Below, in pieces: positions 36,630 to 45,137 of a stretch of DNA of 64,000 bases (positions within the stretch are counted from its first letter, which is position 1; the number at the start of each line of letters is the position of its first letter). The DNA is from a virus. Its lineage: Duplodnaviria > Caudoviricetes. The stretch spans positions 2,266 to 66,265 of IMG/VR virus record IMGVR_UViG_3300024284_000001; one strand, given 5' to 3'. The translations under genes and the position numbers were made by a program. Under the pieces are notes generated by a model, which searched no databases, was not told the origin of the DNA, and was given only the letters and a program-made list of their open reading frames with translations.

Positions 36630-37129
36630 GCCTCACGACATGGCGGAAGGAGTTCTATCCCACCTTCGCTCAAGACGCGACAAGCGAGAACGCCATCGAG
36701 CATTCGATCCGAAAGTGGGTAGGGCTGCGCTCAGAGAACCTTCAGAAGCACAACGTCACGACGAACGGCTCGTCCCTACATGACGGGGCCAATTCGCTTT
36801 GGATCGACGCCTCTACCTGTGCGCTATGCGTCGTCTACTACGATCATTCCGAGCGAACCGTCTCGGCGTGCTCTCGGTGTCCCCTCTTTCGGGTAAGAGG
36901 TAACGTCGCATGCGACAAGGCCCGGCCGGAAGAGAAACCCAATCGGGAGCCCTATTTTCTATTCACGGCCTTGCGCGACCCCGAGCCGATGATCGACTGG
37001 CTCAAAGCGGCGGCCGAGCTGGAGACGAAGACGACGGTAGACCCGGATTGGGACGCTCGTCCTGACCATGAAGCCCGCATCCCCACCGAAGACCAGGACG
37101 AGGCACGGAGGTACGAACGCCGTGGATAG
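36626..37129 (+). CDS. Cys-rich hypothetical protein
   Basis: CALC...CSRCPL...C. Confidence 0.55.
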   Translation: MSLTTWRKEFYPTFAQDATSENAIEHSIRKWVGLRSENLQKHNVTTNGSSLHDGANSLWIDASTCALCVVYYDHSERTVSACSRCPLFRVRGNVACDKARPEEKPNREPYFLFTALRDPEPMIDWLKAAAELETKTTVDPDWDARPDHEARIPTEDQDEARRYERRG

Positions 37130-37343
37130 ACACCGCAAGCCCGAAGTCTTCCGAAAGCGTCACCGTGACGCCATCAAGAAGCGTATCGATTGGCTGGGCG
37201 CCCGCATCCTACGCGAGGAGCGTAACGGCGAGGCGTCGAGCTTCGACCGGCAGGAACGCTTGGCCCTGATCCTGGCTCTCGATCATATCGACGTGCTCGA
37301 GAAGAGGGTGGAGGCGTGGCGTGCGCTGGGGAGGGCGTCGTGA
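37122..37343 (+). CDS. Hypothetical protein
   Basis: GGAGG SD plus GTG. Confidence 0.5.
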   Translation: MDRHRKPEVFRKRHRDAIKKRIDWLGARILREERNGEASSFDRQERLALILALDHIDVLEKRVEAWRALGRAS

Positions 37344-37471
37344 CCCAAGCCCCGATCCCCTGGCCGAATATCGTAGTCATCGCGATCACCATCATCACGT
37401 TCGGCTGCGTCTTCGGCGCGATCTTCCGGCGCTGCTGCTGCGAGTGTCACTTTTCGAAGGAGCCCAAATGA
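37340..37471 (+). CDS. 43-aa membrane peptide
   Basis: GTGA overlap; TM NIVVIAITIITFGCVFGAIF. Confidence 0.45.
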   Translation: MTQAPIPWPNIVVIAITIITFGCVFGAIFRRCCCECHFSKEPK

Positions 37472-37851
37472 GCGCCCACGAGGAACGAATACGGCGAGGG
37501 CTGGACGTCCACAGGGATTGCGAGATGGACGATTGCCAGCTCGACAGCGGCCATTTCACACGCGCCGACCTCACACTCCTCCTCGCCGACCTGGACGCGG
37601 CGCGGGAGCGCGAGGAGCAATGGCGACGCGACGGCACGCTTCCGGCCGCTGACGATGAGGAGTCCTGCGTCACATGCGGCTGTCGAATCGTGAACGCCCA
37701 CGAAGTCGAGTACGGGACTGGAGTGTTCGGCCCGGACGGTCACGGCGAGCAGCGTGAGAGTGCTACCGTCTACGCCTGCGTCAACGGACACGAGCACGAT
37801 GAGGTTGGTGAGCCACGCGCGGCATTCGCAAACGAGGAGGCCACCGAATGA
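37468..37851 (+). CDS. Hypothetical protein
   Basis: AGGAG SD; ATGA overlap. Confidence 0.55.
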   Translation: MSAHEERIRRGLDVHRDCEMDDCQLDSGHFTRADLTLLLADLDAAREREEQWRRDGTLPAADDEESCVTCGCRIVNAHEVEYGTGVFGPDGHGEQRESATVYACVNGHEHDEVGEPRAAFANEEATE

Positions 37852-38060
37852 TGACGTGCGGGGAATGTGGGCGCGAGCGTCGGTCGGTAGCTCCCGGTCG
37901 GAGCGAATGGTTCTACTCGCTCCCGCTTGCGACGAACGGCAGGCGAACGCGTCACGTCTGCCACGAATGTTTCGAGAGGATCGTCGGTAGACCACCGATG
38001 ACGTTGGTCGCGTTGAACGAAGCGCGAGGAAGGGCGGTCGCCAATGGGAAAGCGAAATGA
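37848..38060 (+). CDS. Small Zn-finger protein
   Basis: CGEC...CHEC. Confidence 0.5.
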   Translation: MMTCGECGRERRSVAPGRSEWFYSLPLATNGRRTRHVCHECFERIVGRPPMTLVALNEARGRAVANGKAK

Positions 38061-38289
38061 GGAGCGCGACGTGGCCCTGCGGCTTCTCGAATTCACGATC
38101 AAGCAGGCGGACCTCATCGCGGACATCGTAGGTGACATCAACATGACAGAGCCGGGGCAGTACACAGAGCTACCGCACCACACCGCCAAGACGTGCGTGG
38201 CGCTCCACGCCGAGGCCGTGAAGAGAGGAATCATTCGGCAGCGTGTTCCCCTCGCCAAGCAGGAGGCCCGCGATGGTTCGGGTGATTGA
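38044..38289 (+). CDS. Hypothetical protein
   Basis: Operon packing. Confidence 0.45.
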   Translation: MGKRNEERDVALRLLEFTIKQADLIADIVGDINMTEPGQYTELPHHTAKTCVALHAEAVKRGIIRQRVPLAKQEARDGSGD

Positions 38290-38452
38290 CGCTGCCGTTC
38301 GCATGGTCTGCGCTGGCCTAATGACTCTTGTCCTGTGCGGCGGCGACCACGAGATTCGGCCGCTCGTATTCGGCCTAATGCTTATCTGGAATGAGCTTGT
38401 TTGGCAGGGAGCGCGACGTGATCGCGAAAAGCAGGAGGCCCGCGATGAGTAG
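38273..38452 (+). CDS. Small membrane protein
   Basis: AGGAGG SD; hydrophobic segments. Confidence 0.45.
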   Translation: MVRVIDAAVRMVCAGLMTLVLCGGDHEIRPLVFGLMLIWNELVWQGARRDREKQEARDE

Positions 38453-38645
38453 CAGGAAGCGAATCACTATCGTCCTCACACCCCGCGAACGCGCACTCGT
38501 TATGGCGGCGCTCGATAGCCAGATTTCGCAGGATTACGCCGCCGAACGGACGACAACCACACTGGAGCGTGTCTATTGCAGGGTGAGGGATTCACGTGTC
38601 GCGCGGTGGGGACGGAACCGTCTCATGCGCGGAGGTGCGAGGTGA
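38445..38645 (+). CDS. Hypothetical protein
   Basis: AGGAGG SD. Confidence 0.5.
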   Translation: MSSRKRITIVLTPRERALVMAALDSQISQDYAAERTTTTLERVYCRVRDSRVARWGRNRLMRGGAR

Positions 38646-38836
38646 GCCCGTGCGGCGTGTGCGGTTGCCGCCTTCTCGACAAGGGACGCGGCTTCGATGG
38701 CCGGCGCTTCTACCGCTGCCGGAAGTGCGACAACCGTTGGAGCGAGGGACTCCAGGGCCGCGAGCGGAAGTATTCCGAACAGCGCATCGTGCCTCAGTTC
38801 AAGGACACGGGCGCGGCCAAGCGAGGTGCGCGGTGA
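38642..38836 (+). CDS. Zn-ribbon protein
   Basis: CGVC...YRCRKCDNRW. Confidence 0.55.
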   Translation: MSPCGVCGCRLLDKGRGFDGRRFYRCRKCDNRWSEGLQGRERKYSEQRIVPQFKDTGAAKRGAR

Positions 38837-39180
38837 TGACCGAGAAGCGGCTGTCCTATCTGGCTGCGCTCTTTGATCCGGCGCGCGACGTTAATCCGGA
38901 CGTTGGCCCGAACGCCATCATCCGCGAGCTACTCGCCGAGGTGCGCGAGCTGCGGCGGGAGCTGGAACGAACGACATGGCAGCGCGACGGCCATCGCAAG
39001 GTGATTGACACGGCGGTCGAGTACGGACTGCTGCCGCACGGCGTCCACCTGATCGCGGGCGAGCCGCCCAACGAAGCCGACATGACGATGGTCAAGGAAT
39101 ACCTGGAGTTGAAGCGTCTCGCCGCTGCCAAGTGTCTGCCGCAGCAGACACCCGAGATCGCGGGGGAGAAGGAATCATGA
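38836..39180 (+). CDS. Hypothetical coiled-coil protein
   Basis: TGATG coupling. Confidence 0.5.
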   Translation: MTEKRLSYLAALFDPARDVNPDVGPNAIIRELLAEVRELRRELERTTWQRDGHRKVIDTAVEYGLLPHGVHLIAGEPPNEADMTMVKEYLELKRLAAAKCLPQQTPEIAGEKES

Positions 39181-39368
39181 GCGAAGAGAAGGGGCCGTGT
39201 GAACGTTGCCACAGGCGCGGCGACCCGGCTATCGGCGAGCCGTCGTTGTGGGACTACTGCGTACATTGCTCTCGTGACCTGTGCCCCGAGTGCATGAGGG
39301 GCGCGTGCCGCGAGAGTCCGACCGGCACTCACGTTTCCTACGACGAGGACTCCGACCATGCCGAGTGA
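39177..39368 (+). CDS. Cys-rich small protein
   Basis: CERC...CVHC...CPEC...C. Confidence 0.55.
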   Translation: MSEEKGPCERCHRRGDPAIGEPSLWDYCVHCSRDLCPECMRGACRESPTGTHVSYDEDSDHAE

Positions 39369-39609
39369 GAAGCTGACGAGGTACGACGTTGATGAGATGG
39401 TGAACGGTATGTCGGCGTCGCCCGATGGTGACTACGTCCGCGTCGCCGATCTGGAAGCGTGGCTTGACAAGTGTGAAGCCGAATGGGCTGCCGAACGCTC
39501 GCGCTACGGCGGCGTGCCGGCGGTCTCGATGGGCATCACTGGCGCAGAGGTGACCCTCGATTCGCTCCGCGCCCTGCTCGCGCCCGATGAGGGGAAGGGG
39601 GAATCTTGA
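39358..39609 (+). CDS. Hypothetical protein
   Basis: M...PDGDYVR.AD pattern common in phage early genes. Confidence 0.55.
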   Translation: MPSEKLTRYDVDEMVNGMSASPDGDYVRVADLEAWLDKCEAEWAAERSRYGGVPAVSMGITGAEVTLDSLRALLAPDEGKGES

Positions 39610-39896
39610 GCGAGAAGACTATCAACAGCCTCAACGCGATGGACGAAAACGAGCCGGACGAGCCGGACGCCTTCGATGTGATGGATCAGCATGTGGCCCT
39701 TCTAGACCAAAGGCTGGAGATCACCGAGAAGGAATGCGCCGACCTACGCGCTGATCTCGCCGCCACCGCCGCCGACGCGAAGACGGTCAGCGCGGCGCTG
39801 GAGCGGATCGGTCATCTCGTGGCAATCGCGGATGACGGGGCCAAGTTTCAGGTGACGACGGCCCTTGCCATCGCCCGCGCGAGGGGATGGGTGTGA
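39606..39896 (+). CDS. Hypothetical coiled-coil protein
   Basis: TTGA overlap. Confidence 0.45.
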   Translation: MSEKTINSLNAMDENEPDEPDAFDVMDQHVALLDQRLEITEKECADLRADLAATAADAKTVSAALERIGHLVAIADDGAKFQVTTALAIARARGWV

Positions 39897-40507
39897 GCGA
39901 GAAGAGCATCGACGGCACGGAGCGTCTGTGTATCGCGCTGTACGGCGTCGAGGAGGACATCTCCAAGATCATCGGCGGCTCAAATGCCCCGATGCTTCAC
40001 GATGCCGCGAACAAAATCGCCGCGCTCGAAGCGGAGCTGGCCGCCGGGAAGGAAATCTCGCAACGGTGGGAGACGCTTGCCGACTCCTACGAGGGCGACC
40101 TAAATGATATCGCCGACGCGTGTGGGATCGTGCTTGCGGAGACTAGCGCCAGGTACGAGACCTTGCCGCACGACGTGTCGAGTCGACTCGCCGCCGAGAA
40201 GGCCGCGCGTGAGGCGCTTGCCGACAAGATCGAAGAGGAAATCTGCGCGAGCTGTAACTACTACCGTTCGCTCAACGCGCCGTGCAAGTGCGGGCAGCTT
40301 TCGCGCAAGGGGACGAACGAGTTCCTACGGCTGGAGGCCGACCGCCTCCGCGCGCGGTGCGAGGAGCTGGAGCGGGCGTCGAGGGACGTGCTCTCGTCGC
40401 CGTGCCGTCACTGTGGCGGGTACGGATACCACGGCCCCTACTGCTTCCTGGAACCGCTACGTGCCGCCCTCGCCGAGCCCGACGCGGGCGCGAAGGAGAC
40501 GAAGTGA
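39893..40507 (+). CDS. Coiled-coil/Cys-containing hypothetical protein
   Basis: GTGA overlap; 204 aa. Confidence 0.55.
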   Translation: MSEKSIDGTERLCIALYGVEEDISKIIGGSNAPMLHDAANKIAALEAELAAGKEISQRWETLADSYEGDLNDIADACGIVLAETSARYETLPHDVSSRLAAEKAAREALADKIEEEICASCNYYRSLNAPCKCGQLSRKGTNEFLRLEADRLRARCEELERASRDVLSSPCRHCGGYGYHGPYCFLEPLRAALAEPDAGAKETK

Positions 40508-40800
40508 AGTACCAAAGGATCCCCGTGATCGTCGATGCCGTGCGCTTTGTTCCGTCGTCGCGTCCGTGGCCTGCGGCGATAACCGAACCGTCGTGCATCT
40601 GCGCCGAGCTAGCGCAGGACGGCGATCGCTGCCAGAAGCACAAGCGCGGAGAGTGGACGTACGGATACGTACGTACCCACGAGGGGCGGAAGCTCATCGA
40701 GGCCGGCGATTGGCTCATCACTGAGCTAGGGGCGGTGCGCGTTTGCAAGCCGGAGATGTTCGAGGCCACGTACGCTCCCGTGAAGGAGGATGGGCCGTGA
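40504..40800 (+). CDS. Conserved small phage protein
   Basis: KY...PV.VDAVRF...T.EG...GDW.I...G....CKP.MFEATY pattern. Confidence 0.7.
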   Translation: MKYQRIPVIVDAVRFVPSSRPWPAAITEPSCICAELAQDGDRCQKHKRGEWTYGYVRTHEGRKLIEAGDWLITELGAVRVCKPEMFEATYAPVKEDGP

Positions 40801-41237
40801 GTTTCGAACGGTACTTCCCATCTGTCGGTGAACGCGTTGTCGTCCAAGTCGGACGGAAGCGGAACACGCTCGGCGTCGGTACGGTTGAAGCCATCGACAA
40901 CGACGACAGCGTGTACTCATCGTGGAGCCGCGTACGCGTGAGGATGAGCGCTCGCAGCGTCTACTCGTTCATCACCGAGGACGACGGGCTGAGTTACCAC
41001 TCGCGCGCCAAGACGGTGCAGGGAAACATCACGCTCCGCCCAGCGCCGCCTGTACCTTCCCCCGCCCCCGACTACCGCGCCATCGCGGAGAGGCTGGCGG
41101 CGTATTGCGAGCATGTGTCGCACTGCAAGACGTGGTTCTTTTACAACATCGGAAGCCCGGAGAAGATGGACAAGCGCTGTACCTGTGGACTGGTGGAAGC
41201 CCTCGAAGCCTTGCGTGTAGCGGGGTCAACAACGTGA
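40797..41237 (+). CDS. Hypothetical protein
   Basis: GGAGG SD; GTGA overlap. Confidence 0.5.
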   Translation: MSFERYFPSVGERVVVQVGRKRNTLGVGTVEAIDNDDSVYSSWSRVRVRMSARSVYSFITEDDGLSYHSRAKTVQGNITLRPAPPVPSPAPDYRAIAERLAAYCEHVSHCKTWFFYNIGSPEKMDKRCTCGLVEALEALRVAGSTT

Positions 41238-41410
41238 GCATCCGGTACGCCATCGTCCACGTCCCGAGCGGGTATGAGGTTCGCGACGAGGAGGGGAATC
41301 CCCTGACGGTGGTGCGTGACCCCGTCGAAGCGTTCCGCATCGCCGAGACGTTCGAGATCATCGCCCGGCTTGGGGAAGCCCACGAGGCCGGGATCGGGAG
41401 GGGAAAATGA
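41234..41410 (+). CDS. Hypothetical protein
   Basis: GTGA overlap. Confidence 0.45.
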   Translation: MSIRYAIVHVPSGYEVRDEEGNPLTVVRDPVEAFRIAETFEIIARLGEAHEAGIGRGK

Positions 41411-41616
41411 AGCTCAAACCAGTCATCTCGTGGGCATGGGCAATTCGAGGGTGGGACTCTAGGCGCAACTACGTCGCCGGCCAGTACGAACTCTGCTATT
41501 GGCTGGGGAGTCGTGAAGAGCTACTCGCGGAAGGGAAGCCGTCGCCAGAGGCCAAGCTCGTGCGCGTCCGTCTTGCAACGTATCGTCCACGCAGGAAACG
41601 GAAGGTCACCCCATGA
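41407..41616 (+). CDS. Hypothetical protein
   Basis: ATGA overlap. Confidence 0.45.
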   Translation: MKLKPVISWAWAIRGWDSRRNYVAGQYELCYWLGSREELLAEGKPSPEAKLVRVRLATYRPRRKRKVTP

Positions 41617-41653
41617 CCGCGAAGCGCGAGCAACGAGTCACGAGGAAAACGCG

Positions 41654-41866
41654 ATGGGAATGATTCTTGACCTAAAGAATGGGGAGATCCACGCCGAAGC
41701 GAGGAGCGAGAGCTTCGTCATCTTTACGGACTTCGGCGAGGATCGGATAGAGCTTCTTTGGGTGCAGATGGCCGCCGTCAAGGAGGCCGTCCGAGCCCTA
41801 GAGCGGTACGGAAAGAAACACGGCAAGCCGCTCGCTCGCGAGGAACGCAAACGGAGGACGCGATGA
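41654..41866 (+). CDS. Hypothetical protein
   Basis: GAGG SD. Confidence 0.45.
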   Translation: MGMILDLKNGEIHAEARSESFVIFTDFGEDRIELLWVQMAAVKEAVRALERYGKKHGKPLAREERKRRTR

Positions 41867-42246
41867 CGAAACCGAAAGACGAACGCTACACGATCGCCGT
41901 TGACTTCGATGGCGTCATCCACTCGTACACGTCACCCTGGGTCAACGCGCATACGATTCCCGATCCGCCCGTGGAGGGCGCTATCGCGTGGCTCCGCGAG
42001 ATGGCGCAAGACTTCCAAGTGATCATCTTCACGACGCGCGGCAAGACCCCAGAGGGACGCGTGGCGGTACAGGAGTGGCTAGAGAACAACGGCTGGATCG
42101 ATGGGGCGTACGTTACGGTGACCGCCGAGAAGCCGCCTGCCCTCGTTTACCTTGACGATCGGGCTGTCCGCTTCGAAGGCCCCGGCACGTTCCCATCGAA
42201 AGAGCAGATCCACGCGGCGAGGCCGTGGAATAAGGGGACGCGATGA
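41863..42246 (+). CDS. HAD-superfamily phosphatase
   Basis: Motif I IAVDFDGVI, motif II IFTTR, motif III/IV EKPPA..YLDDRA. Confidence 0.85.
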   Translation: MTKPKDERYTIAVDFDGVIHSYTSPWVNAHTIPDPPVEGAIAWLREMAQDFQVIIFTTRGKTPEGRVAVQEWLENNGWIDGAYVTVTAEKPPALVYLDDRAVRFEGPGTFPSKEQIHAARPWNKGTR

Positions 42247-42313
42247 ACAGCGACGCGCCGGCTCGCTTCGCTTCCGCCCGCGCCGGGGCCGAGCGGAGGT
42301 CGAAAGGGGCAGT

Positions 42314-42547
42314 ATGATCTCCACCGTGGGCTTCCTAGCTTGGACCGGCCTTCTCCTCTACCGTTCCGGTCTACGTCTCGAGCCCCGTCGTGAGCCCACG
42401 CGTCCTCGTCATGCCGCTGCCCTACTTGGCTTCTGCGTGGAGTGCGAACGGCTGTTCCTGCTGACTCGCGAAGGGCGCTGTCCATCGTGCGATGGGGCAT
42501 CTTGGATACCGGCGACCAAGGTGCCGCCGTGGACGTTGGAGAATTGA
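42314..42547 (+). CDS. Membrane protein with Zn ribbon
   Basis: N-terminal TM; CVEC...CPSC. Confidence 0.5.
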   Translation: MISTVGFLAWTGLLLYRSGLRLEPRREPTRPRHAAALLGFCVECERLFLLTREGRCPSCDGASWIPATKVPPWTLEN

Positions 42548-42553
42548 GATAAC

Positions 42554-42676
42554 GGGCCGCGCTCCGGGTGAACGCCGTAGCTCTTCTCCTTTTGTGAGCG
42601 ACGGCGACAAAGGAGCTGCTCTTTCAATGAAACGGGTCGCAAGGCCCCACCCTCCCGACGCAGAGCGGGACGGCCC
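42554..42676 (+). ncRNA. Candidate structured RNA with possible pseudoknot
   Basis: Nested helices identified by eye (see findings); strand uncertain. Confidence 0.35.
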
Positions 42677-42681
42677 TATTA

Positions 42682-43041
42682 TTAGCCTCCAAACAGCTCC
42701 TCGACCGACACCGGCTCCTCCTCCCTCTCGCGCCTCTCCGCGTTGATGACCGACGTGATCGCCAGCCCGAGCGCCAGGTTAGGTAGGTACCGGCCACGCC
42801 GAAGCTCGTAAACACACTCGACGGAGGCCCCCACCCTCCGCGCCAACTTCGCCAAGGTCATCCCGCTGAAAGCCCGAGCCGCCTCCAGCTCCACGGCAAG
42901 ACGTGTGGCGTGGCACCCCCTGGGCGGGTTCTTGGCACGCGTCAGGCCCTCTGGATCCTTCTTCTCCGGTGGCTGGTACGGTCGTCTGGGTGGGGCTGGT
43001 TGGGGTTCGGGCTCGAGCTGGGTCCGCATGAATGGCTTCAT
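42682..43041 (-). CDS. XRE-family HTH regulator
   Basis: MTLAKLARRVGAS...VYEL.RGRYLPNL.L...I; divergent from the Ro60 operon; start uncertain. Confidence 0.8.
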   Translation of the reverse strand: MKPFMRTQLEPEPQPAPPRRPYQPPEKKDPEGLTRAKNPPRGCHATRLAVELEAARAFSGMTLAKLARRVGASVECVYELRRGRYLPNLALGLAITSVINAERREREEEPVSVEELFGG

Positions 43042-43088
43042 GCCCCGAGAGTCTACGCGAATCTACGCAACGCATCTCGGTGTTTTTC

Positions 43089-43117
43089 TTGACAAACGCA
43101 TTTCCACGCCCTACGTT
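43089..43117 (+). promoter_or_regulatory. Promoter of the Ro60-Y RNA operon, operator family member
   Basis: TTGACA-AACGCATTTCCACGCCC-TACGTT; AAAGGAGG SD at about 43130. Confidence 0.8.
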
Positions 43118-43141
43118 GAGGTCCGCTACAAAGGAGGCGAC

Positions 43142-44746
43142 GTGAGCTACCTGAAGAACGCGACGGCCACCGCTCGGGTGCCTCAGTCCGAACCGCTGGA
43201 CGAGACCCAGGTCGTGAACTCGGCCGGAGGCTACGTCTACCAGCTCGACTGCTGGAAGGCTCTGGACCGCTTCCTGATCCTCGGAACGGAGGGCGGGACA
43301 TACTACGCCTCCGAGCGAAAGCTCACCGGAGAGAGCCTCAAGAACGTCGAGGCGTGCCTTCGGAAGGACGCGGCCCGGACGATCGAACAGATCGCCTCGC
43401 TCTCCGAGGCTGGCCGTGCGCCCAAGAACGACCCGGCGCTCTATGCCCTGGCGATGGCCGCCTCCTCAAAGGACTCCGAGGTCCGTCGCCTGGCGCTCGC
43501 GGCCCTCCCTCGTGTGGCCCGGATCGGTACCCACCTCTTCACCTTCGTCGAGTTCCTGAAGGGAAAGAGGGGATGGTCTCGAGGGCTGCGTCGGGGGATC
43601 GCCGGCTACTATGCGGCGAAGAGCGACAAGCAGCTCGTCTACGACCTCGTGAAGTACCAGTCTCGAGGCGGATGGTCTCACCGGGACGTCCTGCGCCTCG
43701 CCCACCCCACGGCCAAGGGCGTCAGGAACGACGCCTTCCGCTGGGTGGTCAAGGGCACGGAGGGCAAGGAGCTTCCGGACGAGGGGACAGTGACCGAACC
43801 TCTCGACCGCCTCTGGGCCTTCGAGAAGGCGAAGATCGAGAAGGACCCCAAGGAGATCGCCCGGCTCGTCCGGACCTACGACCTCCCTCGGGAGTGCGTG
43901 CCGACCGAGGCGCTGAACGATGTCGGTGTGTGGACGGCTCTTCTCGAGCGGATGCCGATGACGGCGATGATCCGGAACCTCGGGAAGATGACCGAGATCG
44001 GGCTCGTCGGACCCCTGTCCGAGGGTACGAAGCACGTCGTCTCGACGCTCTCGAATCGAGAGGCGCTTCGGAAGAGCCGCGTCCACCCGATCCAGATCCT
44101 CGGCGCTCTCCTGACCTACGGGCAGGGGCACGGCGTCAAGGGGAAGCTCTCGTGGACTCCGGTCAAGCAGGTGACGGATGCCCTGGACGACGCCTTCTAC
44201 GCGGCCTTCGACAACGTCGAGCCGACCGGGAAGCGGTACTACTTGGGCCTCGACGTCTCGGGCTCGATGGGGTGGGGGACGATCGCCGGGATGCCGGGGC
44301 TGACCCCCGCCATGGGCGCTGCGGCGATGGCCCTTCTGATCGCCAGGACCGAGAAGCAGTATGCGATCTTCGGGTTCGCCGGGGAGATGAGGGAGATCCC
44401 GATCTCTCCGAAGGACTCACTGTCGGCGGCCATGGATCGGACGCGTGGACTGACCTTCGGTTCGACCGACTGCGCGCTGCCGATGCTTCACGCGACGCTA
44501 CAGAAGATCCCGGCCGACGTCTTCGTCGTCATCACGGACAACGAGACCTGGGCCGGAAAGGTCCATCCCTCCGTGGCGCTCAACCACTTCCGGAAGGCCA
44601 CGGGAATCCCGGCGAAGGAGATCGTGATTGGGATGACGGCCACGCAATTCACGGTGGCAGATCAGAACGATCCCCTCTGCATCGACGTCGTAGGCTTTGA
44701 CTCAAACGTTCCCACGGTCATCGCGGACTTCGCTAAGAACTGGTAG
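43142..44746 (+). CDS. rsr: Ro60 / Rsr (TROVE plus vWA) RNA-binding protein
   Basis: NSAGGYVY...LDRFLILGTEGGTYY, GRAPKND, VARIGTHLF, KY.SR.GWSHRD.LRLAHP, MIRNLGKM, vWA MIDAS LDVSGSM, GSTDCALPM, TDNETW, GFD. GTG 43142 follows a strong SD. Confidence 0.97.
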   Translation: MSYLKNATATARVPQSEPLDETQVVNSAGGYVYQLDCWKALDRFLILGTEGGTYYASERKLTGESLKNVEACLRKDAARTIEQIASLSEAGRAPKNDPALYALAMAASSKDSEVRRLALAALPRVARIGTHLFTFVEFLKGKRGWSRGLRRGIAGYYAAKSDKQLVYDLVKYQSRGGWSHRDVLRLAHPTAKGVRNDAFRWVVKGTEGKELPDEGTVTEPLDRLWAFEKAKIEKDPKEIARLVRTYDLPRECVPTEALNDVGVWTALLERMPMTAMIRNLGKMTEIGLVGPLSEGTKHVVSTLSNREALRKSRVHPIQILGALLTYGQGHGVKGKLSWTPVKQVTDALDDAFYAAFDNVEPTGKRYYLGLDVSGSMGWGTIAGMPGLTPAMGAAAMALLIARTEKQYAIFGFAGEMREIPISPKDSLSAAMDRTRGLTFGSTDCALPMLHATLQKIPADVFVVITDNETWAGKVHPSVALNHFRKATGIPAKEIVIGMTATQFTVADQNDPLCIDVVGFDSNVPTVIADFAKNW

Positions 44747-44754
44747 GCTGACAC

Positions 44755-44824
44755 TGGCGGGTCGAAGCAGCAGGGTTATCAAACTTGTAATTTGAACCCA
44801 CCCTGCCGCACACCTTATCCGCCG
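44755..44824 (+). ncRNA. Y-like RNA 1 (short) with Thr(UGU)-like anticodon stem-loop
   Basis: ggcgg/ccgcc terminal stem, GGGTCG...GGGTTATC...CTTATCC motifs; tcaaa-CTTGTAA-tttga. Confidence 0.8.
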
Positions 44825-44835
44825 TTCTTTGAAAA
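44824..44835 (+). promoter_or_regulatory. boxA-like antitermination sequence
   Basis: GTTCTTTGAAAA in the spacer between Y1 and Y2 resembles rrn boxA. Confidence 0.45.
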
Positions 44836-44842
44836 TCAAAAC

Positions 44843-44974
44843 GTCTCGGGTCGTAGGGTAGGGTTATCTTTGGAACCAGTAGCGTCGGTGCGATTCCGGC
44901 CCCTCGCCGCAAGGCTTAGGTAGTTTAGTAGCAGAACACTGGTCTTAATTCCTGCTCGATTCCTCATCCGAGAC
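44843..44974 (+). ncRNA. yrlA: YrlA-type Y RNA 2 (circularly permuted tRNA mimic)
   Basis: gtctcgg/ccgagac stem; T arm gtcgg-TGCGATT-ccggc; acceptor stem capped by GCAA; D arm gttt-agtagca-gaac; accag/ctggt. Confidence 0.85.
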
Positions 44975-44991
44975 ATTCGAATCAAGAAAGC

Positions 44992-45126
44992 ATCTCGGGT
45001 CGCCCGAATTGGGTTATCGCCTGTTAAGCGAGAGGTCGCTGGTTCGAGTCCTGCCTTACGGCGAAAGCCGTTTGTAGCTCAGTTGGTTAGAGCGCTTAAT
45101 ACCCAGTTCAATAAATCATCCGAGAT
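44992..45126 (+). ncRNA. yrlA: YrlA-type Y RNA 3 (circularly permuted tRNA mimic, Asn-like)
   Basis: atctcgg/ccgagat stem; CTGTTAA loop; T arm with GGTTCGAGTCC; acceptor capped by GAAA; D arm gctc-agttggtta-gagc. Confidence 0.88.
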
Positions 45127-45137
45127 CATTAGGTAGT

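Noticed and set aside
42905-43141. N-terminal extension of Ro60 in the ORF track
   Set aside because: It overlaps the divergent XRE gene and a consensus promoter. A strong SD precedes GTG 43142, where the Ro60 resemblance begins.
45018-45100. Conventional tRNA-Asn gene
   Set aside because: Arms are in permuted order and the acceptor stem is closed by a GAAA loop with no CCA end, so it is a YrlA-type mimic.
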